From positions 12,870,472-12,916,105 of the forward strand of contig NC_068984.1 of assembly GCF_001194135.2 (NCBI RefSeq): a stretch of 45,634 bases of DNA, given 5' to 3'. Made by a program: the position numbers and the translations under genes. Within the stretch, counting starts at the first letter, position 1. Each line of letters opens with the position of its first letter. Below, piece after piece: positions 1 to 13,424 of this stretch. A model generated the notes under the pieces. That model was not told where the DNA came from, made no database searches, and worked only from the letters and a program-made list of their open reading frames with translations. This stretch comes from Octopus bimaculoides (lineage: Eukaryota).

Positions 1-58
1 CCCCTCGTCCCCTCGTCCCCTCGTCCCCTCCTCCCCTCCTCCCTCGTCCCCGCCTCCC
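1..58. repeat. (CCCCTCGT)n degenerate 8-bp tandem repeat, cut by the window edge
   Basis: cccctcgt x3, then cccctcct variants. Confidence 0.85.
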
Positions 59-540
59 TCTCTATTATCATCATTTTTATTAGTATTTTGCTGCTGACTC
101 GTTCTTGTGTGATACAATCTTGCTCCGAGAGTTCTCAATATTTTTCAATTGTGACTAAAGTATTTATTTCTCATTTTTAACATCACTTCAAACAGAGACG
201 ATTATTGATAAGATTTTAAAATTTTGCGTCTTACTAAGGTTACACAACAATGTCAGCTTCTACAAAGAGGTCTATTTTCATGCTACCGTCTAGCTTGAAG
301 GCAAATATAGCCATTCGTTTTTTCCGGATACGGCCTTTGAACAAGGCAATTCAGCAGCAAAGGAAAAACGTAAACAAGTATTAATGACATAATAAACGAC
401 ACAAATGGAGAATAATAATAAAATTTGCACACAAAATGTATAGCATTACAGACATGTTTTACATCAACATACGGGTATGTACATCATCAGATAAAAATAT
501 GGCGGAAAATGGCACAATGTAATCACTTCTCTCTTTTTTT

Positions 541-736
541 TCTTTTACTTGTTTCAGTCTTTTGACTGTGGCCATACTGGAGCACCGCCTTTAGTCGAGC
601 AAATTGACCACAGGACTTATTCTTTGGAAGCCTAGTACTTATTCTATCGGTTTCTTTTTGCCGAACCGCTAAGTTACGAGGACGTAAACACACGAGCATC
701 GGTTGTCAAGCGATGTTGGGGGGGGGACAAACACAT

Positions 737-770
<34 letters not shown>

Positions 771-905
771 ATACATATATACGACGAGCTTCTTTCAGTT
801 TCCGTCTACCAAATCCACTCACAAGGCTTTGGTGAGCCCGAGGCTATAGTAGAAGACATTTGCCAAAGATGCCACGCAGTGGGACTGAACCCGAACCATG
901 TGGTT
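541..905 (-). mobile_element. tRNA-derived SINE family A (octopus OR-like), head slightly truncated
   Basis: Reverse complement of the 28661 and 33976 copies, with the internal (CA)/(TA) microsatellite. Confidence 0.85.
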
Positions 906-1989
906 TGCAAATTTTCTTTGCCACATTCTTTTCAAAGCTTAGCTATGGAATATTTTGCAGAAAGAACAAAAATTAAGAGCGTTGATGTTCACAAGACAGA
1001 GACCATTCTGCCACAATTCATCACAGAAGCTTGCTAAGGGAAGGAAAGCAAAAGTAATGTAGTTGTTCTTTGTCAAGGTATGTTACGGAAGCGTTGCCTT
1101 GTTAATTTCAAGGAAGAGTCAAGCCCGGCAGACAGTTTGAGTAAAATACCCTTTATTAGGAGTGAGAGGCCGTATGGTACCATATACATGTGACACATCT
1201 GTCCGATAGTGGTTACTCAAGTAAGATTCATAAATGAGTAACAAATGTGATGTCGGTGACGACTTCAACTCTTGGCTAGAGTCACCTTCATTTACATGGC
1301 AAAATTTGTACAGGTAGCACTGCAGAGGTAACTGACAGCAGTATGTGGTCGGCTGCTGTTAACATGGCAGGTTCTTTTTTTTATAATATTTGCATGATGT
1401 CTAATAATACCACCTACTGTACCTTATATGCATTTGCTTACATATTGAAAAAATATTTTAGCATTATAATAACCAATATTTATCCTATTATAAATTTGTG
1501 TGATGTCTCCGTGTCTGTTACGATTTTATGTTCGTTAAGTCCTCTTAGACCGTTGATGCAAGGACAACGAAACTCAAACCAGCAATTCCCCTAATTCCAG
1601 GGAATGTCCTAAGGGGGTCTATTATTGTAAGGGCCACCTAATTGGGGCCCCGCTGACACCCCTATTTTTATTGCATTCTAAACTAAATATATGGCATTGG
1701 TGACTAAATTGAAGCAATGACAATGAATTTCATACCATGAACTCCCATGAGGTATCCTAAGGAGGTTCAATTTCCGAAGGGCCGTTTAAATGGGGCTCCT
1801 TCTGTCCCCACCTATTTTTACTACATTTACCTCGCCCCTACGCTTATTGATTAACTTATGATCAGCACCAAAGCTTAGCATATCTGTAAAAACTACCCTT
1901 GAAGCCGCTCTTCCTGCGGCATTCAGATTTGTAAGAAAAAAACTATTCAACTTGCTGCCAGTATTAATCACATCAAATATATGAAACTT

Positions 1990-2790
1990 ATCCTTTAATA
2001 TTTTCATTGAAACTAATTAATTATCTTAATTCATGTATTTTACATAATTCTCAAAGTAATTTCTTTAACGAGTATTATTTCTGCATTTAGCACCCACGTT
2101 GTAGCCATTTATATTTTCAGATCGTTATATGCAGATAATTTCTCCATTATCTTTAGAGATATATAAGCATATTTTAAGACATCTAATAGCAGACACTTTC
2201 TTTATTTCATGGTGTTTCTTGAGAGTAATAATAATCAGGAATTAGCCCTCATCTCCTTCTAGTAAAAAATTATCGCAGTGCATGACTGCTTTCTCATTCT
2301 CTCTATCGTTTTGTTGTGTATATTTACATCATCTCTTTCCTTTTGGTAATTAAAAAAAACAGACATAATTCCCAGCATATGAAAACCCCCAACACTGACA
2401 GCCTGTAGATTTTTTCCCATTTCGATTAAAAGTCAACAGCCAGAGGCAATGTGTTCTATTATTTCTTCCCGCACCCAATATACTTCTTAAATATTCCGTT
2501 TTATTACATTATTTTGGGTATTTTCTATAAGAAATCTCTGACACTTTGTCGCAACAAATAAATCCTTCTGTCTCAGCTTTGAGCTCAGCCCTTTATCTAT
2601 TTTCATTCTAGACTTATTTTCAGGAATTGACGATTTAAGGGATTTTCTTTCCAACGTTCCATCACTTAAGATTGGCATTCTGCAAATTTAACCATATTAC
2701 TTTACTTTTTAGCTCTTTCATACCTTCTAATATTGGTTCTTCTTTCTCTTCAGAGACTGCCATATACTTCTTTTATTTTAAAAATCGAAA
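1990..2790 (-). mobile_element. Decayed R4/Dong-clade RLE non-LTR retrotransposon, C-terminal fragment
   Basis: Manual minus-strand translation across frameshifts gives LKAETEGF, EEIIEHIASGC, ENEKAVMHCD, KKCLLLDV and EKLSAYNDLKI, in the order expected for the R4/Dong post-RT, CCHC and PD..D endonuclease region. Confidence 0.7.
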
Positions 2791-2818
2791 TGATAAAGAA
2801 AGCCCCACCAACCTATCA

Positions 2819-2855
2819 ATGAATGAATGAATGAATGAATGAATGAATCAATCAT

Positions 2856-2916
<61 letters not shown>
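2819..2916. repeat. Compound (GAAT)n-(CTAT)n microsatellite
   Basis: Direct reading. Confidence 0.95.
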
Positions 2917-2922
<6 letters not shown>

Positions 2923-4891
2923 GTCTGTGTGTCTATCTACTAGTTTAGTGCTGGGTTCGATGTACTCGACCTGTCCCTTCCCCTAAAAATACTTGCCCAT
3001 GTGCCAAAATTAAAAAGAATTTTTGTTCTTGTTGTGTGACATTGTTTTCAGCCAGAGGAAAAAGTGCAGAGCGAATATTCTGAATGGGAATATTGCCATG
3101 TCTTACATTATTCAAAACTACTTACTCTTTTTTATTTCTTGGATATAAATATAAAAGAAATTTCAATATTATAATTTGTAACATTTTGTTTACTTTCATA
3201 ACAATATGGCTTCATCATCAAGCGTGGCGGTAAGAGGTGCAAGCTACACTAAATGTAACTGTTTACATCCACATCGAATTTTTGGAGAAAATTTGCTAAA
3301 AATTGTCAACACAGACTGTAAAATAAATAAAATAAAGTAAAAAAGAGAGAAAAATTATGACAATTAAACTAAATAAACAGATGCAATTACGAATACAAAC
3401 GGAGATATTGACACTTTGGAAATTACCCAGAAAACATAAACGAACACATTTGTAGAATAAACAGAGACGCTGGTTATAATCTGAAAAAAAAAATCCATCT
3501 CGCAGTCAATAACAAAATTTGCTTTGCCAATGTTTTGAAGTAGAATAAAGTTTTCAATGTTAGACAGTGCTCAGAGAAATATAGAATGTTGAAGTTTTTT
3601 ACGGAAAAATCTAGCATCTTTGTGTGGTGACTTCATCGAAGAAAAGCGGCATATATACATATATTTCACGAGAATCGGAAAAGGTTTCATTTTCCCTTAA
3701 ACAAGTAATCAAAGAAGACAGACGATACCTAGGACGACATGAGCTCTATTGATCTGTGTGGGGAATTGCAACAGTGTGTGGCCAGTTTTCGAAGCCGAAG
3801 GCATGATGAGTAGACAAGGAGACAGAGTGAAATTTTACCTGTCCATGGCAAGTGTTTCAACATAAGGGAACATGATATGAGGGTTGCAAGGACATTGGTT
3901 CTTTATTTCATCATAAACATTATGACAAGTTACGTCTAAGCGCTAAACGCCGAGGTGATCAGAGATGACACGTATTCCGGTAGGAAATTGAATGGACATG
4001 TAGGCCCTGATGAATCTCCAGAACCACAAATCCTTCTCTGAGTCGGATTTAGTGACAGGTCGCAGAACGAAAATTCATACAACTCGTAGTAACATCAAGC
4101 AGTAACACCTGGTAATAAGACCAGGTGTTGCATGTATCTCAGGAAGCGTCACTTGAGGCTTTTCTGACTGAAGGAGCGGGTAAAACAGCGGCGGTGAGAG
4201 AGGAGGATAGACAACAGCAGCATGGTCCAATAGCTGCTTTGTTGACTGGGCACAAATTGGGGAAATGTTGAGACACTTGCTTAGTGTCTGATTGCAGAGG
4301 TCGACGATCTAGAAGGCGTCCACAGAGCCCGTTCTTGCTAATAACTAGGAAACATGCAGTAGGACTATTCCTCTGCGTTGCGTCAACAGGGAGAAAATGC
4401 AAAATGGGCAGTGTGCAAAATTACCGGAGACAGTAAAAGAGGAAAAATGGTTGACATGAAAGGACAATAAACCTAAAAAGAAGTGTAAGAAAAATGAATA
4501 GCCCCGCACTTCTACGAAAGAGTGTGATGTTCTCCTTTCTGCGAATGATAGATGTGGGCCTGAAATTAAGAAAAAGGGGCTTCCTGAGATGTAATTTTGA
4601 GAAGGGCATGCTAATTGATTTACAGAGGAAAGGGTAGAATTTTAAGAAGCTTTTCAGAAAATAGAATATTGTTAATGATCGCATTAATTTTCTATCACAC
4701 TGCGAAAGAAGCCTTCTTGGATGCCTTCCGGTGTTATTTGCACTGTACAAGACAAAAACCTTAAGGTGCAGTGGGTTCCAATATGACCAAGGAGCAGGCG
4801 TTCAGCGTAGTAATGTGCCTAGGCCCAATCTAGGAGATGGATTCTGAAATATGTAGCAGAGGGATTGCCTGGAATGTTTTCTTTCTTTTTT

Positions 4892-5003
4892 ATGTATGCA
4901 TGTATGTATGTATGTATGTATGTATGTATGTATGTATGTATGTATGCATGCATGCATGTATGTATGTATGTATGTATGTATGTATGTATGTATGTATGTA
5001 TGT
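4892..5003. repeat. (TATG)n microsatellite
   Basis: Direct reading; source of the HTYI/MYVC pseudo-ORFs. Confidence 0.95.
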
Positions 5004-5454
5004 AGTGTGTGTGTGTTCGACTGAACACTCCAATGCGGTGCCCCACCAAAATCGCAATCCCATACCCAAAACAAAAACAAGTAAAAGATAAAAGACAAAA
5101 GATGCTCTGACATCTTTGCATTCCAATTGTTACAAGTCATTCGTTCTGGTGGCAAAATAAAAGAAAGTGGGTATCTAGGCCATTGTAGATATATGTATCA
5201 CAAAAATCTGAAAAACAAAATAAAAAGTGATCATATATATGGTTACAGCAATTGTCGCAAAATCATAATAATGTATATCTAAAAATCTAAAGGTGATGAG
5301 TGGAAACTGGTTTTGTATCTGAAATCAGCACTCCAAATTTAGACGAGAACAGCTATTTTTATGTTTGCCCTTGTAAAAAAATGTAATGTTTTAAAATTTT
5401 ACCCAAGGCCAGCACTTTGCACAGGAAATGGCTACTCGTTACCATCGACTATTG

Positions 5455-5597
5455 TGACAGGTACTTTATTTTATCGGTCTCCGAAAGGAAGAAAAACAAA
5501 TGCGGCCTCGGTGGGAATTGAACTGAGAATGTAGTGTTGCCACGTTAGCGCGAGGTATTTCGTCCGACTCATTCACGAATCTACCATCTCATCACCC
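5455..5597 (-). mobile_element. Degenerate SINE family B copy
   Basis: Diverged reverse complement of the 6526 copy (tactttattttatcgg...cctcggtgggaattgaactgagaatgtag...ctcatcaccct). Confidence 0.6.
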
Positions 5598-6525
5598 TTA
5601 TCACAATAATAGTAATAAACTGAATTGACATAAATTGACTTGACATAAGTTCACAATGATCAGTAAATATAATTAACTGGTGTATAAGCGAAACAAGAAT
5701 CAATATGAGATGTTATTATTCCCCAGATCCTCTTCTGTTTCTAGTCTTATCTTATATAATATAGTCATGAGGAATCGGGGTCGTTTTGTAGTAGAACCTG
5801 CGTTATGTGACGTATGATGTGAGGTTGTAATGGATATTTAGATAATAATTTCAGTCAGGAAAAGTTTCGCATGTTAAATGCTAATCGGATGTTGGCACAA
5901 GTATTTGAGGTTAATAATAGATATGTGCTCCTGAATACTAGATTTGCTAGTCAGATATGTTCAAAAGGCATCAGATCAAAGTTTGTCTTTTGAACATTTA
6001 CATAAAGTTTAATTATTATATAACACTAATGCTCAAAATATTATTGCCTAATTAATATGCATAGACATAGAATTTGATTTCATAATCTGCCAACACAGTG
6101 CAGTTTGAACAAGAGAATGATATTAGGTATGAGGTAGGATTTAACGTAATGCATATAATCGTCATTGCTTTTACTGTTGCCATGAAATTTATGTTCACCA
6201 CCAACATCATTCTCTTGTTCAAACATCACACTAGCAGCCACAATTGCACCCACTACCACGTGTGTGCCTATTTGTAAACACTCGAGATGCTATCAATAGT
6301 AGGTAAATTCGATCAAGTCAAAGCTTACAGTCATAAAAACGGACACATAGGCTAATGTAAATTTAGGTATTCAAAAAGACGAGTTAATCGCAGTTCAGCT
6401 CAAGCAAAGCTGAGCTGGAACTCAGTAATAGCCACAACAAAACTACTTCCTCCTTGTAGAAAAAGTGTCATTAAAAAATGATTAAAAAATAACCAGAGAT
6501 CGTTAATATTATTATAAAAGCTCCT

Positions 6526-6748
6526 AAGGCGGTGAGCTGGCAGAATCGTTAGCACGCCGGGCGAAATGGCTTTGCGGTATTTCGGCTGCCGCTACGTTCT
6601 GAGTTCAAGTTTCACCCAGGTCGACTTTGCCTTTCATCCTTTCGGAGTCGATGAATTGAGTACCAGTTACGCACTGGGGTCGATGTAATCTATTATCCCC
6701 CTTACCCCCAAAATTGTCAAGGCCTTGTGCTTGGAGCAGAAATAATTA
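6526..6748 (+). mobile_element. tRNA-derived SINE family B with a Meta-like central domain
   Basis: Head ggcggtgagctggcagaatcgttagc, B-box-like gttctgagttcaag, core gtcgactttgcctttcatcctttcggagtcgat; many copies in the window. MetaSINE similarity is from memory. Confidence 0.85.
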
Positions 6749-7329
6749 TCATAAAAGATTCATAGGGCAGAAGAGAGCAACCTCACATGGAGCCGAGCCT
6801 GCGAGTGTGGTTCGATACTTGGACGATAACCCTTACTTGGCAAAACTGTATTGTCCCAACTCGTTATGTTCTGAGTTCAAATCCTGCCATGGGCTACTTA
6901 GATAATACACACAGGAGGAAGACCTACTCCACACTATCACCGGACACCTTCAGTGTCTTTAGTGGAGGAATATCTGTTTGAGGCATTCGGGCCAGGCCTT
7001 GATTTGAGAGTACCTCTAGTAATGGAGGTTCTGAAAAAAAAAATGTAGTCACGGGCACTACTTTCCCTCTTGGTTAAAAGACAAAATAAATAAACAAAAT
7101 ATCCCGTCCGAAAGCATTTGACAATGGCCACTCTACTAAAGGTAGCCCCAGGATTGGGTACTGGTGTCAAAATGCGTGATTAAGTCAGTCAATCACTTGT
7201 TGATGACCATGCATTTTGCTTTTTTGGTCATCTGGGATTTGATGCGTAGAAATTAACTCCATTCCACCGGTAACCTCAATAAGCTGCTCACGCTTATTGT
7301 GAATAAATAAGGACATCACCCCACACCCA

Positions 7330-7356
7330 TCATCATCATCATCATCATCATCATCG

Positions 7357-7392
<36 letters not shown>

Positions 7393-7400
7393 ACTGCAGC
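7330..7400. repeat. (CAT)n microsatellite
   Basis: Direct reading. Confidence 0.95.
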
Positions 7401-7554
7401 AGCAGCAACATTAGCAATTGCAGCAGCAATAATAATAGCACTGACAGTTAAGTGTGATTTTTGTTATCAGAAACTTTGAGATAGCCATCAGTGGGATCAG
7501 GGAGACGATGTTGAAGGAAGACGAGAAAAAAACAAACGAAAAACGAAGCAGAAA

Positions 7555-7685
7555 ATAATGATGATGATGACGATGATGATGGTGGTGATAGTGATGAGAC
7601 TGTTGCTGCCACCAATAGTAGTGGTGGTGGTGGTGGTGGTGGTGATGACGATGACGATGATGACGATGATGACGATGATGATAAA
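7555..7685. repeat. Compound (GAT)n/(GGT)n/(GAC)n repeat
   Basis: Direct reading. Confidence 0.9.
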
Positions 7686-7782
7686 CATTACGGTGATTAT
7701 TAGGTGGTAGATTAGAAGCAGAAGGGCACTGAAGAGGGGGGGGGTACACGGAGAAAAATATGAAGATAATGTCATCGTTTAT

Positions 7783-7816
<34 letters not shown>

Positions 7817-8056
7817 ATATATATGTATGTATTATATATATGCAAATGTAGACATATAAGCACCAACTGTGCAATATACAAACATACCTAATGTGGAAAC
7901 CAAACTAAAAACAACAACAACAACAACGACAGCATCATGGTGGAAGCCTGATACGTTGCCTACGTTACTTCGTTTCTGACGGCAGTCCTATTGAGATGGG
8001 ACGACAAGCTTAGCAAAGAACACATCCCGGACTCTGCAAACAGGCCATATACTTCA

Positions 8057-8057
<1 letters not shown>

Positions 8058-8148
<91 letters not shown>

Positions 8149-8295
8149 TTACATTTGCACATACACACACCCACACTTTTAGACTCACTCACACACACAT
8201 GCAGACATATTTACACTTACTTACACACTTAGGCCCACACACACAGCATTTACATTCACACACACACACGCACACACACACACAGCATTTACATT

Positions 8296-8326
<31 letters not shown>

Positions 8327-8663
8327 GCAGATCCACACAAACACACTTTTATACTTCACTCACTCACTCACACATACACGCACACACATTTACATTCACA
8401 CACACACACACACACGCAGATTCACACAAACACACTTTTACACTCACTCACTCACACACCCACGCATATGTACACTCACTTACGCACAGAGACACACATG
8501 CATTCACACACTCACACACACACATACAAATTCACATTCACACACACATACACACACATTTACATTCACAAGTACACATTTGCACTCACTTACACACACA
8601 TAAACACCCACACTTTTACACTCACTCACACATACACAGACGCACATTCACATTCACACACAC

Positions 8664-8704
<41 letters not shown>

Positions 8705-8720
8705 GATTCACACAAACACA
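8058..8720. repeat. (CA)n array decaying into a cryptic CA-rich minisatellite
   Basis: Recurrent subunits catttacattcac and gcagat(c/t)cacacaaacac. Confidence 0.9.
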
Positions 8721-9585
8721 AATATACAAAGTTTGAATTCGTTGGTCATTGCTTGGCAACAATGGAAGCTGGCTCTTATCAAGAAAAAAAAGGNNNNNNN
8801 NNNNNNNNNNNNNNNNNNNNNNNNNNNNNNNNNNNNNNNNNNNNNNNNNNNNNNNNNNNNNNNNNNNNNNNNNNNNNNNNNNNNNNNNNNNNNNNNNNNN
8901 NNNNNNNNNNNNNNNNNNNNNNNNNNNNNNNNNNNNNNNNNNNNNNNNNNNNNNNNNNNNNNNNNNNNNNNNNNNNNNNNNNNNNNNNNNNNNNNNNNNN
9001 NNNNNNNNNNNNNNNNNNNNNNNNNNNNNNNNNNNNNNNNNNNNNNNNNNNNNNNNNNNNNNNNNNNNNNNNNNNNNNNNNNNNNNNNNNNNNNNNNNNN
9101 NNNNNNNNNNNNNNNNNNNNNNNNNNNNNNNNNNNNNNNNNTGACAACGCATACACGACGTTCACCCGTTACCAAGTAACTAATGAAAGGATATGATGAT
9201 GTTTTTTCTTTCTCTCTTTTTTTTTATTTTATATTTCTTTTATGTATTTTATTTATTTCTTGTCTTTCCAGAAACAACCTGGAGCCCATGATGTCTCGCA
9301 ATAGCAAACAGAACAAATATCGATTTCTTTCTTTTGCACTATCAGCTTTAATTGGGAAATACGAAATGAGATTGTGTGATCTTCATGCATTTCTGCAGGC
9401 GGGGTGAGAACATTTGGCGTGAAAATATACAGCGGAATCGAAACAGTCTTACCGAAAACTTCGGAGCTATTTCACGTTCTTTTTCAAATATCGATTTGTT
9501 CTGATCGTCCACTTGGCCAGCATTTCCCGAGGGGTCAAAGGTTAAAGTTAATTGAACTGACCACACTATATTATAGATAATCACA

Positions 9586-9722
9586 AGGCAGTGATCTGTC
9601 AGAATCGTTAGAGCATCGGCGAAAATTCTTTGCGGTACTTTTTCCGACCCTTTAATCTCTGAGTTCAAATTCCATCGCAGTTGACCTAGCATTTCATTCT
9701 TTGGAATCGATAAAATAAGTAT
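9586..9722 (+). mobile_element. Degenerate SINE family B copy
   Basis: aaggcagtgatctgtcagaatcgttag...ctgagttcaaattcc...gaatcgataaaataagta. Confidence 0.7.
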
Positions 9723-9828
9723 GAATGAAAACATAGAACGTGTTTTTCAGTGGACTTTTGCTAATCTTGTCTCTTCCCATAGCAGAAATCCAACAAAAAT
9801 CTCCAAATCACTAGTCGTATCAAGAAAA

Positions 9829-9879
9829 ACAAGACTGCACTCAACACGACTGCACTCAACAAGATTGCACTCAACAAGA
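9829..9879. repeat. 15-bp tandem repeat, about 3.4 copies
   Basis: acaagactgcactca / acacgactgcactca / acaagattgcactca / acaaga. Confidence 0.9.
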
Positions 9880-10510
9880 ACCCTCACGGCAACCCCGAAT
9901 TATAACTGACAGCATCGTCGAGGATCTCCTTTGGTGAAAACATATCCTCAACATAAGTGGAACTACAACCTCAAAGTGGTCCTTTGCTTTCGAGTCTGAA
10001 GCCTCACATGAGTTTTGTAGTGCTGACACTCTACAAAGCTCATGTCTGTCTACAATGGAGCATTGCTCCCGAAGCTGAGATAATCTTACTTCTACATACA
10101 CAAGCATTTTGGGATCGCATCCAGAGAAAGACCACTTAACTGATTAGCATAAAATCACTGATATACACGCACTGGCCTCTGGTCCACAGGCATTCTACCT
10201 CCTCCCCACCGCTGTTGTAATGATACCTATTCACCGTATCTGGTTGGCGCCGAATCTCCTCTACGCAGCCATTTCCAATCCACTCGTCTCTGCTCCTCTT
10301 ACCAATCTGATTATGTTCAACACCCATCTAGGATCCATTATCCCTTTTGAATGGGCATGCTTCCACAGAAGAGGCCCTCTAAAATCTTCCCCTCTGCATA
10401 TCTTTACTACAGGGATCGACTTACAAAAATGACGGTATCAGTTGCATCGATCATCGATCAATTAGCCATTCTCCAAATACCACAATTAAAACAAGTAAAC
10501 GTTAGAGGTG
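9880..10510 (+). mobile_element. CR1/L2-group LINE 3' fragment (post-RT C-terminus), decayed
   Basis: Frameshifted peptides LTLYKAHV, MEHCS, DRIQRKT and SSPLHIFTTGIDLQK match the CR1/L2-group pattern LYKAQVRPxMEYCS...LDRIQRKA...WNSLP..VF...DLQ. Confidence 0.7.
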
Positions 10511-10586
10511 TGACAGCTGGGGAGAGAGAGAGAAAGAGCAGGAAAGGGAATGAGAGAAAGACGGGGAGATATATAGAGAGACAGAA

Positions 10587-10650
<64 letters not shown>

Positions 10651-10994
10651 TGTTGTGTCTGGGGTGAGTCGTTCTCTTTTGGTGCCTTATAATTTAACAC
10701 ACTCACCGGTAAAATTTCCACTTCTTTATTTTTCTAAAATTTTCGTTGCCTCTTGCAACCTTTTCAATAGTTTTGGCTCTATTGAAAAGGGTGCAAGACG
10801 CAACGAAAATTTTAGAAATCGAACACCTTAACATATAACTGTGAGCCTGAGCACACTAACCACTAGACTAGAAATTTACCAACGCAAACGCAACTCATAC
10901 ACACAATTACATAAATATATGCACACATAGACATATACATACATATGTATGCCTATATATATGTAGATGTACGCATACGTATATATATTTTTAT

Positions 10995-11179
10995 TCTTTT
11001 ATTTGTTTCAGTTATCTGACTGCGGCCATGCTGGAGCATCGCCTGTAGTCGAACAAATCGACTCCAGGACTTATTTTATCGGCCTCTTTTGCCGAACCGT
11101 TAAGATAAGGGGATGTAAACACACCAACATCGATTGTCAAGCGATGGTGGGGAGACAGACATAGACACACAAACCCACA

Positions 11180-11240
<61 letters not shown>
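10995..11240 (-). mobile_element. SINE family A, 3' half, running into (CA)n and a gap
   Basis: ttgtttcagttatctgactgcggccatgctggagcatcgcc...cgattgtcaagcgatggtgggg. Confidence 0.85.
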
Positions 11241-11884
11241 NNNNNNNNNNNNNNNNNNNNNNNNNNNNNNNNNNNNNNNNNNNNNNNNNNNNNNNNNNNN
11301 NNNNNNNNNNNNNNNNNNNNNNNNNNNNNNNNNNNNNNNNNNNNNNNNNNNNNNNNNNNNNNNNNNNNNNNNNNNNNNNNNNNNNNNNNNNNNNNNNNNN
11401 NNNNNNNNNNNNNNNNNNNNNNNNNNNNNNNNNNNNNNNNNNNNNNNNNNNNNNNNNNNNNNNNNNNNNNNNNNNNNNNNNNNNNNNNNNNNNNNNNNNN
11501 NNNNNNNNNNNNNNNNNNNNNNNNNNNNNNNNNNNNNNNNNNNNNNNNNNNNNNNNNNNNNNNNNNNNNNNNNNNNNNNNNNNNNNNNNNNNNNNNNNNN
11601 NNNNNNNNNNNNNNNNNNNNNNNNNNNNNNNNNNNNNNNNNNNNNNNNNNNNNNNNNNNNNNNNNNNNNNNNNNNNNNNNNNNNNNNNNNNNNNNNNNNN
11701 NNNNNNNNNNNNNNNNNNNNNNNNNNNNNNNNNNNNNNNNNNNNNNNNNNNNNNNNNNNNNNNNNNNNNNNNNNNNNNNNNNNNNNNNNNNNNNNNNNNN
11801 NNNNNNNNNNNNNNNNNNNNNNNNNNNNNNNNNNNNNNNNNNNNNNNNNNNNNNNNNNNNNNNNNNNNNNNNNNNNNNNNNNNN

Positions 11885-11935
<51 letters not shown>

Positions 11936-11974
11936 CATACATACATGTGTGTATGTGTGTGTAGCACTCGTTCG

Positions 11975-12130
11975 TCGTATTTTATACTGACTGACACACA
12001 TGTACGATAGGTTTCTGTACAGTTTCTTACACACAGGTTATTGGACGACCCGAGGCCGAGGTAAAAGACACACCCATGGTACTGTAGCAGTAAGAGATCG
12101 AATCCAGAGCAACACGTTTGCTCTTATCAA
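11975..12130 (-). mobile_element. Highly diverged SINE family A 5' half
   Basis: Residual matches such as gacccgaggccgaggtaaaagacac. Confidence 0.45.
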
Positions 12131-13160
12131 AGTATTTAAACGCACACATCTGTCAACGTCGGCAACCACTATTAAACCAGATAAGCAATATCTCTGCGAT
12201 ATCAGTTCGCCTTTACTGGACTACCTCAAGTGGCCACACTTATTGCATTTCTGATTGCAATCGGGAGACATAGTAACGTTGTAGCGCCGGTTTGTCTTTC
12301 GTTATCGCTTAACTTGACGTCAGCAATCAGGAAATGGCTTGGTCGTTGTCTGATAATCGTAGGTTACTGAGAGGTGATAAATGTGTGCAACGATAAATTG
12401 TTGTTGTTGTTGTTGTTGGTGGTGGTGGTTTTTAGCCACCACATGTCAATTGTGAACGGAATGAACTATGATCAAAAACGTTCCCGCCATAACCCCGCCC
12501 CCATTTTTCAAGACATTGTATATCTTGGAATACATTATCTAGTGTGTAGGAGGAGTGTGAACTGGCTGGTCTGTTCCAAAAGACTTTCTGGTCGAAAACT
12601 ACAACTGGTAAACACTGGAAATATCTAGATTGATAGAGTTACCGAGGTGTATTACCTGTGTGAGAGAAATTCTTATAGGTACAGAAGCATCGTTAAATGA
12701 GACGGTCTGAGATACTCTCAGAGCTGCGAAACCGTTCAGTATGCATCCGTTCAATGTCCGAGCGTTGTTGATCGGTGGAGTTGTGTTTAACTACCATTGC
12801 CATGTGTATAGCACGTGAAGATCACTCCTCCCTACTTTAAATTAAATAGTCAAGGCAGGCAATCTTTCTCTTTATAGCTATGGTAAAATATGCCGTGCAC
12901 TAGTTGAGGCTGAAAAGCAGTCACTTCCTCCATCGACCAAACGAAATATATAAAGACGTAGGTGACTGGCGAAAATGGTTAGAGTGGATGGGATTATATT
13001 CAGCATGTACTTGTCTGTCAGAAATCAGGATTTGGGAGGAGACTCGCCCCTGGAGGCTAGGGGCTTTGAATCTGAGTTGTTCCCTACTTGGACTTAGTTG
13101 GAGGTTCACTAGTATAAAAAAACAAAAGTAAAGGACAAAACTGCCATCTTGCATGTTAAG

Positions 13161-13376
13161 CTTTACTTGTTTCAGTCATTAGACTGCAGCCATGCTGGGG
13201 CACCGCCTTGAAGAATTTTAGTCGAACGAATCGACCTCAGTACCGTTTTATTTGAGCCTGGTACGTAGCCCATCAGACATTTTTTGCCGAACCGCTAAGT
13301 TGCGGGACATAAACTAACCAACACCGGTTGTCAATCGATGAAGGGCGACAAACACAGGCACAAAGGCACACACACA

Positions 13377-13424
<48 letters not shown>

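Noticed and set aside
1081-1365. Possible LTR starting TGTTAC
   Set aside because: Candidate CA ends (about 1243 and 1365) have no matching TSD.
4007-4080. CTGATGA...GAAA hammerhead-like spacing
   Set aside because: No closing stem II, and no stem III or NUH arrangement.
9311-9503. Partial inverted repeat around aaatatcgattt
   Set aside because: Short, imperfect and AT-rich; compatible with chance.
12316-12323. Perfect CRE palindrome TGACGTCA
   Set aside because: An isolated 8-mer is expected by chance at this window size, and there is no linked gene.
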